Shown here: one piece after another, positions 22,409 to 33,310 of the stretch
Layout: every line of letters starts with the position of its first letter
Numbering within the stretch: position 1 is the stretch's first letter
Translations under genes and position numbers: made by a program
From: Methylococcales bacterium
GTDB taxonomy: Bacteria; Pseudomonadota; Gammaproteobacteria; JABHGC01
Assembly (NCBI GenBank): GCA_018672285.1
Contig: JABHGC010000183.1
Location: forward strand, 133 to 64,132
Direction of reading: 5' to 3'
Length of the DNA stretch: 64,000 nt
Notes under the pieces: generated by a model
What the model saw: only the letters and a program-made list of their open reading frames with translations
Database searches by the model: none
What the model was told of the DNA's origin: nothing

Positions 22409-22600
22409 ATGGGCGGCATTAGCATCTGGCAACTTCTGATTATTTTGGTAATAGTCCTGGTACTTTTTGGCACCAAAAGAATTCGTAATTTAGGCGGAGA
22501 CTTAGGTAGTGCCATCAAAAATTTCAAATCTTCCGTGAAAGATGAGGAAGACAAACCAAAATCCAACATCGAAAATAAAGACAAAAGCGATAACGCATAA
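22409..22600 (+). CDS. tatA: Twin-arginine translocase TatA
   Basis: [24 protein letters not shown]. Confidence 0.96.
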   Translation: MGGISIWQLLIILVIVLVLFGTKRIRNLGGDLGSAIKNFKSSVKDEEDKPKSNIENKDKSDNA

Positions 22601-22609
22601 AGGCAACCC

Positions 22610-22909
22610 ATGTTTGATGTTGGCTTCTTTGAGTTATTGCTAATTGCTATCGTGGCGCTACTTGTCATCGGCCCTGAGCGAATGCCTGCCTTTGCTCGTA
22701 CTGCAGGCAAGTGGGTTGGACGCGCCAAACGTGCCGTGAACGATGTCAAAACCGAAATCAGCAAAGAAATAAAAGCCGATGAGCTTAAAGAGATCATCAA
22801 AAAACAAGCTCAAGTGCCCAATATCGAAGACATCATTGAATTTGATTACATTATTAAACCTCAACCTAAACTAGATAAAACCGATGAGCCAGACCAACCC
22901 AAACAGTGA
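22610..22909 (+). CDS. tatB: Twin-arginine translocase TatB
   Basis: [20 protein letters not shown]. Confidence 0.95.
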   Translation: MFDVGFFELLLIAIVALLVIGPERMPAFARTAGKWVGRAKRAVNDVKTEISKEIKADELKEIIKKQAQVPNIEDIIEFDYIIKPQPKLDKTDEPDQPKQ

Positions 22910-23864
22910 TGCATTACCTGAACAACCGATAATGTCTCACTTGCTCGAGTTGCGTAATCGAGTATTAAAAAGTGTTTTAGCCATCAGTTTAATTTTTTTA
23001 CCATTACTGCCCTTCTCCCAAGAGATTTTTACCTTTTTCGCCAAACCCATCATTGACTTGTTGCCAGAAGGCACCTCCATGGTGGCGATTGATGTGACCT
23101 CACCCTTCTTCACCCCGTTTAAACTGGTCATGGTTTTGGCTTTTTTTGTCTCAATTCCTTTTATATTGCACCAGATGTGGGGGTTTGTTGTACCCGCGTT
23201 GTATGCCCATGAAAAACGCTTAATCATGCCGCTGTTGGTCAGCAGCACGTTGCTTTTTTACTTAGGGGCACTGTTCGCATATTGGGTTGTTTTGCCCATT
23301 ATATTAACCTTCATGCAAGCCTTTACGCCTGATGGCGTGGCTATGGCACCGGATATTGCCCGTTATCTGGATTTTGTCCTCACCCTGTTTTTTGCTTTTG
23401 GCATTGCCTTTGAAGTCCCCATCGCCACAATCGTTGCGGTATGGAGTGGCATGACAACACCTACCGCGCTTAGAGAAAAACGCCCATTTGTGATTGTCGG
23501 TGCCTTCATCATTGGCATGTTGTTAACCCCACCAGATGTTGTTTCACAAACGTTACTCGCTGTACCGATGTGGCTGTTGTATGAACTGGGCATTATCTTT
23601 TCTCGTTTTTACATGAAAAAACCAGGTGAAGATGATGAACAAAATGACTACACCCCACCCACAGAAGATGAAGTGGATGCTGAGTTAAACGAAGGCAAAA
23701 CCTTTGAGACGACCGCTCAAACATCGGCTGAGAAAATTGAATTAGCCAAACAGTTCATTCAGCAAGAAGATTATGACAGTGCCAGAGTAATGCTTAATGA
23801 GGTACTAGAAGAAGGTACTGAGAGTGAGAAAGTATTGGCTAAGGCTTTGTTAGAGGTTATGTAA
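22884..23864 (+). CDS. tatC: TatC with C-terminal FimV_C-like domain
   Basis: [26 protein letters not shown]; extra acidic linker plus a 43-aa helical tail. Confidence 0.96.
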   Translation: MSQTNPNSDALPEQPIMSHLLELRNRVLKSVLAISLIFLPLLPFSQEIFTFFAKPIIDLLPEGTSMVAIDVTSPFFTPFKLVMVLAFFVSIPFILHQMWGFVVPALYAHEKRLIMPLLVSSTLLFYLGALFAYWVVLPIILTFMQAFTPDGVAMAPDIARYLDFVLTLFFAFGIAFEVPIATIVAVWSGMTTPTALREKRPFVIVGAFIIGMLLTPPDVVSQTLLAVPMWLLYELGIIFSRFYMKKPGEDDEQNDYTPPTEDEVDAELNEGKTFETTAQTSAEKIELAKQFIQQEDYDSARVMLNEVLEEGTESEKVLAKALLEVM

Positions 23865-23891
23865 TACGCAAACCCTGTCTATACTCTTTAT

Positions 23892-24458
23892 ATGAATAAA
23901 ATAATACTATTGGGCTTGCTGAGCCTCTTCATACTGGGCTGTGGAGATAAACCTTTCAACGAAACTGAATCTATCAGTCGAGGTATTACGCTTGAAATGG
24001 TCAAATTAGCCCTCAATGATCGCAGTCACCGATACAGTAAAAAGGTCACTGAAAGTGACGATGGCCTAGTACTCTCTGTTGAGTTTCATATTCCCGCCAA
24101 AAAACCCTATTCCTCTAAAAAAAATACAGAAAAAATTCTAGGCATTAGCTTTAATAAGAAATCTGATGCGATTGATCTCTTGGTCGATGGTTATGCCACG
24201 CAAAAATTGCGTTATATGAAACACGTTAAATTTACAGACATGATTTCTGTTCCTGAATTAGGCGATAATGCGTATGCAAGTATCGTGTTTTTTCACCCTA
24301 ACAAACCCCTCGCCAGCGTTATTTTTACACAAGGAGATATGCTGGTCATCATTGACCTTAGTAGCTTTAAAGACCATACCCGAACCATTAAAGACCGAGA
24401 CCGCGTGATAGAACTTGCTAAGCAAATTAATAACACATTTAATCTTGAGAGCTACTAG
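23892..24458 (+). CDS. Hypothetical lipoprotein
   Basis: Lipobox ILGC at residue 17; stop overlaps the convergent mnmG stop. Confidence 0.75.
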   Translation: MNKIILLGLLSLFILGCGDKPFNETESISRGITLEMVKLALNDRSHRYSKKVTESDDGLVLSVEFHIPAKKPYSSKKNTEKILGISFNKKSDAIDLLVDGYATQKLRYMKHVKFTDMISVPELGDNAYASIVFFHPNKPLASVIFTQGDMLVIIDLSSFKDHTRTIKDRDRVIELAKQINNTFNLESY

Positions 24459-26338
24459 GCTGACACCACTTTCAGCTTTTTAAGGTGCACCAATAACAAA
24501 GAGATTGCCGCAGGTGTCACCCCGGCAATTCTCCCCGCTTGGCCAATCGTTTGAGGCTTAATACGGATTAATTTTTCTTCTACCTCTATCGACAAACCTT
24601 TCACTGCCGCATAATCAATCGCCTCAGGGATCTCAGTCGATTCATTTCTCAAAGACTTATCAATTTCCGCTTGTTGCCGTTCTATGTATCCTGCATATTT
24701 GGCTTGAATCGCAATTTGTTCTGCAACTTGTTCATCTGTCACTCCTGGCCCTGCCTGTGGTAGTGACATCAAGGCGAAGTAATCCACATTTGGTCGGCGC
24801 AGTAAATCCAAACAATTGAACTCATGTGTTAATGGCCCCTCTAGCACCCGAGTCGATTGCTCTTCTGATAGTGTATCTGCTTGCAACCATGTGGTTTTTA
24901 AACGTGCTTGCTCTTGCTCAATGGCATTCAATTTTTGCTCAAATTGCTGCCAGCGCACATCATCCACCAAACCCATTTCACGACCTTTTGGCGTTAACCG
25001 CAAATCGGCATTGTCTTCGCGTAATAATAAGCGGTACTCAGCACGGCTTGTGAACATTCGGTAAGGCTCTTTCGTCCCTTGCGTGACTAAGTCATCAATT
25101 AACACACCAATATAAGCTTCATCCCTTCTTGGCACCCAGGCGTCTTCACCTTGGACTTGTCTTGCCGCATTTAAACCCGCCATCAGACCTTGTGCACCCG
25201 CTTCTTCATATCCTGTGGTGCCATTGATTTGGCCGGCAAAAAATAGCCCTTGAATGGCTTTGGTCTCTAACGATTTTTTAAGCCCTCTCGGGTCAAAAAA
25301 ATCATACTCAATGGCATAACCCGGCCGTAAAATATGGGCGTTTTCAAAACCTTTAATACTACGAATAAAAGCCAATTGCACATCAAATGGTAAGCTTGTT
25401 GAAATGCCATTGGGGTACACTTCGTGCGTGGTTAAACCTTCAGGCTCAATGGAAATTTGATGAGAATTGCGATCACTAAAGCGATGAATTTTATCTTCTA
25501 TTGAAGGGCAATAGCGTGGACCTACACCATCAATCACGCCGGTATACATCGGTGAGCGATCTAAACCTTCTCTGATAATGTCATGGGTTTGTTCATTGGT
25601 ATGGGTAATGTAACAACTGATTTGCTTGGGGTGATCAGTACGCTTGCCTAGAAAAGAAAAAACAGGGGTTGGTGTATCCCCTGGCTGTTCTTGTAGCCCG
25701 GTGAAATCAATGGTTCGGCCATCTATTCTCGCAGGTGTGCCCGTTTTTAACCGGCCTACGGGTAAACTTAACTCCCGCAACCTAGCAGAAAGTGAATTCG
25801 CAGGAGGATCACCTGCACGACCACCAGAGTAGTTATTCAACCCAATGTGTATCAAACCACCTAAAAAGGTCCCTGCCGTTAACACAACAGTTTTGGCCAT
25901 AAAGGACAGACCCATTTGGGTGGTCACGCCAGTGACCCGCTCCCCCTCCAGCAAAATGTCATCAACACCTTGTTGGAATAAGTCTAAATTGTCTTGATTC
26001 TCTAAACGCAGACGAACAGCCGCTTTGTATAAAACCCGATCGGCTTGGGCGCGGGTTGCTCTAACCGCAGGCCCTTTTCGACTATTTAAGGTTCTAAATT
26101 GAATGCCCGCTTCATCGGCTGCTTGAGCCATAACACCACCAAGGGCATCAATCTCTTTAACAAGGTGGCCTTTACCAATACCACCAATGGCAGGGTTACA
26201 ACTCATTTGCCCTAATGTTTCGATATTATGCGATAGCAATAATGTTTTTTGTCCCAACCGAGCAGCTGCTAGCGCCGCTTCTGTGCCTGCATGGCCGCCG
26301 CCGACAACAATCACATCATACATTGTGGGAAACTTCAT
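24455..26338 (-). CDS. mnmG: tRNA uridine 5-carboxymethylaminomethyl modification enzyme (GidA)
   Basis: [44 protein letters not shown]. Confidence 0.99.
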   Translation of the reverse strand: MKFPTMYDVIVVGGGHAGTEAALAAARLGQKTLLLSHNIETLGQMSCNPAIGGIGKGHLVKEIDALGGVMAQAADEAGIQFRTLNSRKGPAVRATRAQADRVLYKAAVRLRLENQDNLDLFQQGVDDILLEGERVTGVTTQMGLSFMAKTVVLTAGTFLGGLIHIGLNNYSGGRAGDPPANSLSARLRELSLPVGRLKTGTPARIDGRTIDFTGLQEQPGDTPTPVFSFLGKRTDHPKQISCYITHTNEQTHDIIREGLDRSPMYTGVIDGVGPRYCPSIEDKIHRFSDRNSHQISIEPEGLTTHEVYPNGISTSLPFDVQLAFIRSIKGFENAHILRPGYAIEYDFFDPRGLKKSLETKAIQGLFFAGQINGTTGYEEAGAQGLMAGLNAARQVQGEDAWVPRRDEAYIGVLIDDLVTQGTKEPYRMFTSRAEYRLLLREDNADLRLTPKGREMGLVDDVRWQQFEQKLNAIEQEQARLKTTWLQADTLSEEQSTRVLEGPLTHEFNCLDLLRRPNVDYFALMSLPQAGPGVTDEQVAEQIAIQAKYAGYIERQQAEIDKSLRNESTEIPEAIDYAAVKGLSIEVEEKLIRIKPQTIGQAGRIAGVTPAAISLLLVHLKKLKVVSA

Positions 26339-26568
26339 ATTATTATGCTCTTTAATTTTCTTAAACTAAGTCAAGATCTTACTGTCTTATCTCGGGATTA
26401 AGGTGGCAAAAAGCCGCGATAAGAACTAAATTTGTAAGTACGGGGCAACCTATTAACGGCATATTATAAAGTTTTCTAGTGCTGATTAAACCTAAAACCG
26501 GTAATTGAACCTTAATTCCTGTTTAACCCAGCCCATTCAATCAACCATTTATAGGTCTTGCCACTTCT

Positions 26569-27486
26569 ATGAACGAACCCATTGAGAACATCCTCAAGCA
26601 AGTCAGCCAAATCATTCTTGGTAAAGATGAAATCATCAAACTGGCACTGACAGCCCTTTTAGCCAAAGGCCATATTTTATTAGAAGACGTGCCTGGCGTT
26701 GGTAAAACGACATTTGCGTTAACCCTTGCCAAGGTCTTAGGGCTTGACTATCAACGGGTTCAATTCACCAGTGATATGTTACCTGCAGATATTTTAGGTG
26801 TGTCCATTTTTAACCAAAATGCCCACAAATTTGAGTTCCACCCTGGGCCGATTTTCTCCAATATTGTGTTAGCCGACGAAGTTAACCGAGCAACGCCTAA
26901 AGCACAGAGTGCGCTATTAGAAGCAATGGAAGAAGGACAAGTCACACTCGATGGTGAAACCCGTGCACTACCTGATCCATTTTTTGTGATTGCCACCCAA
27001 AACCCGACAGATCAAATCGGCACCTTCCCGTTACCAGAGTCGCAGTTAGAGCGATTCTTAATGTGCTTGTACATGGGCTACCCAGACAGTAATGCCGAGC
27101 GAGCATTACTCAAAGGCGAAGATCGCAGGCATTTGTTAAAAAGCGTAGAGCCTGCAGTCACACATGATGAGTTATTACAGCTACAAGCACAGGTAGGGCA
27201 AATTCATGCCTCTGATGCATTACTAGATTATGTACAAAACCTCATACACTTTACCCGTAACCAACCCGAATTTTTATTTGGCCTGTCCCCCAGAAGTGGC
27301 TTAGCACTCTTAAGAGCCGCAAAATCGTGGGCATTCATTCATGGCCGAAAAGAAGTGCTACCAGAAGATGTGCAATCGGTATTACCCGCCGTGACTCGGC
27401 ACCGCTTATTTGCCTCTTCAGCAGGACACGCGTCTAATATTGAAAATTTACCCCAATTTTTATTGTCTGAAGTCGCTGTTCCTTAA
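26569..27486 (+). CDS. MoxR-family AAA+ ATPase
   Basis: EDVPGVGKT, QFTSDMLPAD, LADEVNRATPKAQSALLEAM, ATQNP. Confidence 0.95.
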   Translation: MNEPIENILKQVSQIILGKDEIIKLALTALLAKGHILLEDVPGVGKTTFALTLAKVLGLDYQRVQFTSDMLPADILGVSIFNQNAHKFEFHPGPIFSNIVLADEVNRATPKAQSALLEAMEEGQVTLDGETRALPDPFFVIATQNPTDQIGTFPLPESQLERFLMCLYMGYPDSNAERALLKGEDRRHLLKSVEPAVTHDELLQLQAQVGQIHASDALLDYVQNLIHFTRNQPEFLFGLSPRSGLALLRAAKSWAFIHGRKEVLPEDVQSVLPAVTRHRLFASSAGHASNIENLPQFLLSEVAVP

Positions 27487-28407
27487 ATGGCTGAACACGG
27501 CACCACCCTCTCTCACCGAAAAATCTACATCTTGCCAACCAAGCAAGGGTACGCATTTGTCTTGTTACTCTTGTTTATGCTCTTTGGCAGTATTAACTAC
27601 AACAACAATTTAGCTTACTTGCTCACCTTCATGCTCGTTAGCCTCAGCTTACTCAGCATTATTTATGTGTATCGAAATTTATATGCGTTAGAGATTACCG
27701 GTGGTAAATGCGCGCCTGTTTTTGCCGGTGAACAAGCCCGGTTTGTACTCACACTTTACAACCCCAAACCGTTAGATCGCTTTGAAGTTATGTTCACCCC
27801 GAAACAGCGACCTGTATCAAATATTATCCATATTCAAGGATTTCAAACACTGACAATGACATTGCCAGTGCAGACCCATCAGCGAGGCCATTTAACCTTA
27901 CCTGCACTCAAAATCACGAGTAGCTACCCATTAGGGTTATTTGGCGCATGGACTTGGATTAGCTTGGACATTGACTGCCTCGTGTACCCAAGACCCAGTA
28001 CTGAGGCGCCACCCCTTCCAACCCACCAAGCCGAAGGCAAAGGCATGGCAACGCAACCCGGATGTGATGATTTTTTAGGCTTTCGCAAAGCCACACCAAG
28101 TGACCCGCCTCGCCATTTAGACTGGAAATCGTTCGCTAAAGGACAGCCGTTAATGGCTAAGCAATTTGGCCAGCAACTCAACCCACATTTGTGGTTTGAC
28201 TGGTCCCAAATGGACGATGTTAACCCTGAAGACAAACTGGCTAAAATAACCTACTGGGTGTTAGAGGCCGAGCGGCAGCAAGTCAGTTATGGTTTGCAAT
28301 TACCACAAATGAAAATTCAGACAGGGCACGGCTCATATCATAAACATCAGTGCTTAAAAGCACTCGCTCTATTCAACGTTCACCGCACAGGTGATTCTCG
28401 TGAATGA
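27487..28407 (+). CDS. DUF58 domain-containing protein
   Basis: IYILPT, NYNNNL, YPLGLF, LDWKSFAK; follows MoxR. Confidence 0.88.
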   Translation: MAEHGTTLSHRKIYILPTKQGYAFVLLLLFMLFGSINYNNNLAYLLTFMLVSLSLLSIIYVYRNLYALEITGGKCAPVFAGEQARFVLTLYNPKPLDRFEVMFTPKQRPVSNIIHIQGFQTLTMTLPVQTHQRGHLTLPALKITSSYPLGLFGAWTWISLDIDCLVYPRPSTEAPPLPTHQAEGKGMATQPGCDDFLGFRKATPSDPPRHLDWKSFAKGQPLMAKQFGQQLNPHLWFDWSQMDDVNPEDKLAKITYWVLEAERQQVSYGLQLPQMKIQTGHGSYHKHQCLKALALFNVHRTGDSRE

Positions 28408-30385
28408 CCCATTAATCAAACGAAAAACACTGATATTTATCTGCTTATCGATGAGTATGGTGATTCTACCCCACCTGACCCATGTTCCTATATGGTCTAC
28501 AGGCGTTTTTGTTGGCTTATCATTATGGCGCATTTATGGCCACCAAAAGCCTGATTTATTACCGGGCCGATTGTTATTAATTTTGGTCACGCTGGGCTTA
28601 GTTGGCCTACATATTGTTTTTTTTGGCACCTTATTTGGCCAAGATGTGGGCGTGTCACTACTGATTGTGATGTCTGGCCTGAAGATCATGGAAAGTCGCA
28701 GTAAACGCGACAGTTACATGGTCATATTTCTAGGCTTATTTATCGTCATCACCAATTTTCTGTATAACCAAGAAATCATCCTCGCCATTTATTTGTTTGC
28801 CGCCTTATTGGCCTTGCTCGCCTGTATGATAGAACTTTCAGCGCAAGCGCAATCTCCAACCGTTAAACAACAACTGAAGCTCTCCTCCATTTTGCTGTTG
28901 CAAGCATTGCCGCTAACCATCGTTTTGTTTGTGTTTTTCCCCCGGGTGAGTGCTTTGTGGGCAATCCCGGGTGGCAGTTCAGGCAAAACGGGTTTAAGTG
29001 AAGAAATGTCACCTGGGCAAATCAGTAATTTAATGCAAAATACGGACCCTGCCTTTCGGGTCACGTTCCGAGGAGAGATTCCAGAATCTGAGCAACGCTA
29101 TTGGCGGGCCATAATTCTATCCCATTACGATGGTAAAACTTGGCGACCAAACCAACAACGGATTCAATCTTTACGCAGCAATCCTCGTCGAAGATTGGCT
29201 GACCCTAGTTACTACAAAGTGCAATTAGAACCGCACAAAGGCCGTTGGCTGGTCGGTTTAGATTTACCTGCAATTAACCCTGCTGTTGGAGATGCTCACG
29301 CAGATTATACGCTGCGTAGTCGGAACCCGGTGAATGAGCTATTACAATATGAGGCCACCTCATATTTAACCTACCACACGGGTAATATCTCTCGAATTGA
29401 ATACCAACAATCCCTGCAATTGCCGCATAACTTTAGCCCTAAAGTGCGGCTATTGGCCAAAAAATGGTGGCGAACATCTAAAAATAGCCGTGATTATGTT
29501 GATAAAGTGCTTAAACATTTCAACCAAGAGAATTTCATCTACACCTTAACACCTCCCCGGCTAACAGGAGACGCCACTGAACAATTCTTGTTCGACAGTA
29601 AAAAAGGCTTTTGTGAGCACTATAGTTCGGCGTTTACTTTATTAATGCGTGCAGCAGGTATCCCTGCTCGGGTGGTTACTGGTTATCAAGGCGGTGATTT
29701 TAACGAGTTAGGCGGTTACCTCATCGTTCGTCAATCAGATGCCCATGCATGGAGTGAAGTGTGGCTGCCAGAATCCGGCTGGACAAGAGTTGACCCAACA
29801 GCCGCTGTAGCGCCTGAACGTATTGAACAAGCCATCAATTTTGAAGACATTTCAGACACAGGCGAAATTTTATTTACCGCAGGAGAGCTTGGTGCGCTCG
29901 CCGACATGCTCAAACAAATGGGCTACGGCCTAGATGCGATCAATCATGCATGGAATGATTGGTTTATTAGCTATGACTCGGAATTACAGAAAGATTTTTT
30001 AAGCCGGTTTGGAATCAATATTAACCACTGGAAAGATTTACTCTGGTATTTATTTGCGGGCGTCGGACTCGTTTTCGCCTTTATGTTTTATCGCTTATTG
30101 AATCGCTGTGACCGTAAAGTCGCCGAAATTGCACCAAGTTTACGTATTTACCAACAATTTTGTGCAAAAATGGCTGTAATCAACCTCTCCAAACAGGCTA
30201 ATGAAGGCCCTAGTGATTATCAACAACGCATCATTCAGAGATACCCTGAGCTTGATATCTCTGTGTCTGAAATCATGAAACTTTATATCGCATTAAGGTA
30301 CAAGTCACTTCATTCCAAGCCTGTACTACAGCAATTCAAACAACGTGTTGCAGAGTTTCAGCCTAAAAAAATGATAAAACCATAA
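28391..30385 (+). CDS. Membrane transglutaminase-like protein (TgpA type)
   Basis: Multi-TM N-terminus, GFCEHYSS (Cys), DAHAWSEV (His), RVDPT (Asp). Confidence 0.92.
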   Translation: MILVNDPLIKRKTLIFICLSMSMVILPHLTHVPIWSTGVFVGLSLWRIYGHQKPDLLPGRLLLILVTLGLVGLHIVFFGTLFGQDVGVSLLIVMSGLKIMESRSKRDSYMVIFLGLFIVITNFLYNQEIILAIYLFAALLALLACMIELSAQAQSPTVKQQLKLSSILLLQALPLTIVLFVFFPRVSALWAIPGGSSGKTGLSEEMSPGQISNLMQNTDPAFRVTFRGEIPESEQRYWRAIILSHYDGKTWRPNQQRIQSLRSNPRRRLADPSYYKVQLEPHKGRWLVGLDLPAINPAVGDAHADYTLRSRNPVNELLQYEATSYLTYHTGNISRIEYQQSLQLPHNFSPKVRLLAKKWWRTSKNSRDYVDKVLKHFNQENFIYTLTPPRLTGDATEQFLFDSKKGFCEHYSSAFTLLMRAAGIPARVVTGYQGGDFNELGGYLIVRQSDAHAWSEVWLPESGWTRVDPTAAVAPERIEQAINFEDISDTGEILFTAGELGALADMLKQMGYGLDAINHAWNDWFISYDSELQKDFLSRFGININHWKDLLWYLFAGVGLVFAFMFYRLLNRCDRKVAEIAPSLRIYQQFCAKMAVINLSKQANEGPSDYQQRIIQRYPELDISVSEIMKLYIALRYKSLHSKPVLQQFKQRVAEFQPKKMIKP

Positions 30386-30401
30386 GGCAAAGTTCAGCAA
30401 C

Positions 30402-30441
30402 AAAAAAAGGGGCTAAGACTTCCGTCTTAACCCCTTTTTTT
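30402..30441. terminator. Bidirectional intrinsic terminator between the transglutaminase gene and fusA
   Basis: A7-GGGGCTAAGAC-ttcc-GTCTTAACCCC-T7. Confidence 0.88.
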
Positions 30442-30453
30442 ATTCGCTAAAAA

Positions 30454-32544
30454 CTACTTAGCGGCAGCAGCTTCACGCTCCCGAACTTCTTTAATCACGT
30501 CTTCAGCAACATTCGCAGGACATGGTGCGTAATGTGAGAATTCCATTGAGAACTGACCACGACCAGAAGTCATGGTACGCAAGTCACCAATGTAACCAAA
30601 CATTTCACTTAAAGGCACATCCGCTTTAATCCGAACGCCAGTAACACCTGCTTCTTGAGACTTAATCATGCCACGACGACGGTTTAAATCACCAATCACA
30701 TCACCCACGTGATCTTCAGGTGTATAGACATCAACCTTCATCACAGGCTCCATTAACTGAGGACCCGCTTTAGGCATAGACTGACGATAAGCCGCTTTTG
30801 CTGCAATCTCAAAGGCAACCGCTGAGGAGTCAACCGCGTGGAAGCCACCGTCCATTAATGTCACTTTAACATCAACACATGGGAAACCGGCTAATACACC
30901 TTTATCCATGCTCCATTTAAAGCCCTTATCCACTGCTGGCCAAAATTCACGAGGTACGTTACCACCCGTTACTTTTGAATCAAAGGCATAACCTTCACCG
31001 ACTTCATTTGGCTCAATGATGTAATCAATTTTACCAAATTGACCAGAACCACCTGATTGTTTCTTATGAGTGTAGCTATCTTCAATTGGCTTAGTAATGG
31101 TTTCACGATAAGCCACTTGAGGTTTACCAACAATCACGTCTACGCCGTGTGTTCTTTTAAGAATGTCGACTTTAATGTCTAAGTGTAATTCGCCCATGCC
31201 TTTAAGGATGGTCTCGCCACTGTCTTCATCTGTTTCAACACGGAATGATGGATCTTCTTGGATCATCTTGTTGATCGCAATACCCATTTTCTCAGAAGCC
31301 GCTTTATCCTTAGGAGATACAGCGATTGAGATAACTGGATCTGGGAAAACCATCGGCTCTAATGTCGCAGGGTTCTTAACATCACACAATGTATGGCCTG
31401 TTTGTACGTTCTTCATACCAACAACCGCGACAATGTCACCCGCTTGAGCAGATTCTAATTCAATACGCTCTTCAGCATGCATTTCAACGATTCGACCAAT
31501 TCGCTCAGTTTTACCGGTGAAGGTATTTAGAACAGTCGTGCCCTTCTCTAATTTACCTGAGTAAATACGAATAAAGGTCAATGCGCCAAAGCGGTCATCC
31601 ATAATTTTGAATGCTAACGCACGTAATGGCTTCTCAGGATCTACAATCGCAAATTCACCTGTCTCTTCACCCTCAAGATCAACTTCAGGCTGAGGCTTAA
31701 CTTCGGTTGGGCAAGGTAAATAATCAACAACCGCATTCAATACTAATTGGATACCTTTGTTTTTAAACGCTGAACCACAGTAAGTTGGGAAGAAATCTAG
31801 ATTGGTTGTGCCTTTACGGATACAAGCTTTGATGGTTTCAATGCTAGGCTCTTCACCTTCGAGATATTTCTCCATCGCATCATCGTCTTGCTCTAATGCC
31901 ATTTCGATCATTTCGGTACGGTACATTTCAACGTCGTCAAGCATATCGGCTGGTGGCTCAGTGATTTCGTACTTAGTTGGATCACCCGTATCATCCCAGG
32001 TCCAAGCTTTACGGCTTAATAAATCAACCACACCAACAAAATCATCTTCAATACCAATTGGTAATGTCATCGGCATTGCATTTGCACCCAAGACATTTTT
32101 CACTTGGTCTACAACACGGTAGAAGTCAGCACCCATACGATCCATTTTATTCACAAGGATAATACGAGCTACTTCAGATTCATTCGCATAACGCCAGTTG
32201 GTTTCAGACTGAGGCTCAACACCACCAGATCCACAAAATACACCAACGCCGCCATCTAATACTTTCAGAGAACGATAGACTTCAATAGTAAAATCAACGT
32301 GACCCGGGGTATCGATGATGTTCATTCGATGACCATCCCACTCACAGCTGGTTGCAGCAGACTGAATGGTAATACCACGCTCTTGCTCTTGGTCCATGAA
32401 ATCGGTGGTGGCTGCGCCATCATGTACTTCACCAATTTTATGAATTTTACCGGTTAATTTTAGAATACGCTCTGTCGTCGTCGTTTTACCTGCATCGACG
32501 TGTGCAAAGATACCAATGTTACGATATAGGGATAAATCTTTCAT
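30454..32544 (-). CDS. fusA: Elongation factor G (stand-alone copy)
   Basis: [51 protein letters not shown]. Confidence 0.97.
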   Translation of the reverse strand: MKDLSLYRNIGIFAHVDAGKTTTTERILKLTGKIHKIGEVHDGAATTDFMDQEQERGITIQSAATSCEWDGHRMNIIDTPGHVDFTIEVYRSLKVLDGGVGVFCGSGGVEPQSETNWRYANESEVARIILVNKMDRMGADFYRVVDQVKNVLGANAMPMTLPIGIEDDFVGVVDLLSRKAWTWDDTGDPTKYEITEPPADMLDDVEMYRTEMIEMALEQDDDAMEKYLEGEEPSIETIKACIRKGTTNLDFFPTYCGSAFKNKGIQLVLNAVVDYLPCPTEVKPQPEVDLEGEETGEFAIVDPEKPLRALAFKIMDDRFGALTFIRIYSGKLEKGTTVLNTFTGKTERIGRIVEMHAEERIELESAQAGDIVAVVGMKNVQTGHTLCDVKNPATLEPMVFPDPVISIAVSPKDKAASEKMGIAINKMIQEDPSFRVETDEDSGETILKGMGELHLDIKVDILKRTHGVDVIVGKPQVAYRETITKPIEDSYTHKKQSGGSGQFGKIDYIIEPNEVGEGYAFDSKVTGGNVPREFWPAVDKGFKWSMDKGVLAGFPCVDVKVTLMDGGFHAVDSSAVAFEIAAKAAYRQSMPKAGPQLMEPVMKVDVYTPEDHVGDVIGDLNRRRGMIKSQEAGVTGVRIKADVPLSEMFGYIGDLRTMTSGRGQFSMEFSHYAPCPANVAEDVIKEVREREAAAAK

Positions 32545-32683
32545 AGTATTAACTCTTTAAAAACGAATGAATATTGAATCTGTCAATGCAATAGGAACCA
32601 TTAGACTTTAGCAAAAAGCCATCATCAAAGGTGGATAATAGTCGTTCTCCAGCACATTGCATAGCACCAGAGACTAGAATTTT

Positions 32684-33163
32684 TTAATGCTCGCATTCAC
32701 CATTATGAGGATGGCCATGTGCGAGCTCATCTTCGGTTGCATCTCGAACGTCAGCAACTTTCACATCAAAATTTAATTGCACACCAGCCAGTGGTGGGTT
32801 GCCGTCTACCGTGATCGTGTCACCTTCAATTTTTGCAACAGTCAACAGTATGGTTTCTTTATTAGGGCCTTCTGCATAAAACTGCATGCCAACTTCAATT
32901 TCAGCATCTTCTGGGAACATATTACGAGGCACATCTTGCACTTTCTCTTCATCGATATGACCGTAACCTTCTTCTGGTTCGATGCTGATAGAAAATTCGT
33001 CGCCCGATGTTTTGCCTGTTAATGCATTTTCAAGCCCAGGAACGATATTGTCTGCACCATGTAAATAGAGAAAGCTTGCATCATCTACTTGGTCAATGAT
33101 TGTCCCTTCGTCATCTTTTAATACATAATTTAGTGCCACAATTTTTTTGGCTTCAATCAACAT
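32684..33163 (-). CDS. slyD: FKBP-type peptidyl-prolyl isomerase SlyD
   Basis: YLHGADNIVPGLENAL, PEEGYG, NPPLAG, short His-rich tail. Confidence 0.92.
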   Translation of the reverse strand: MLIEAKKIVALNYVLKDDEGTIIDQVDDASFLYLHGADNIVPGLENALTGKTSGDEFSISIEPEEGYGHIDEEKVQDVPRNMFPEDAEIEVGMQFYAEGPNKETILLTVAKIEGDTITVDGNPPLAGVQLNFDVKVADVRDATEDELAHGHPHNGECEH

Positions 33164-33310
33164 AACCGCTTTGCCTTTAGTAGATAATTTGATAAGCGCG
33201 GGAGTATAACATGAAATGTTGACAATGTGCTCACATTGATTATTGGCACCCCAATAGAGACACCTTAGGCCTGTTATTATAAGTAGTGATACTGAAACTG
33301 AGTGACCTAC

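Noticed and set aside
26339-26568. oriC upstream of mnmG, as in E. coli
   Set aside because: No TTATCCACA-type DnaA boxes or 13-mer/GATC clusters were seen.
33223-33238. CAATGTG-CT-CACATTG inverted repeat upstream of slyD
   Set aside because: Single copy with no matching regulator consensus (the spacing does not fit CRP); may be chance.
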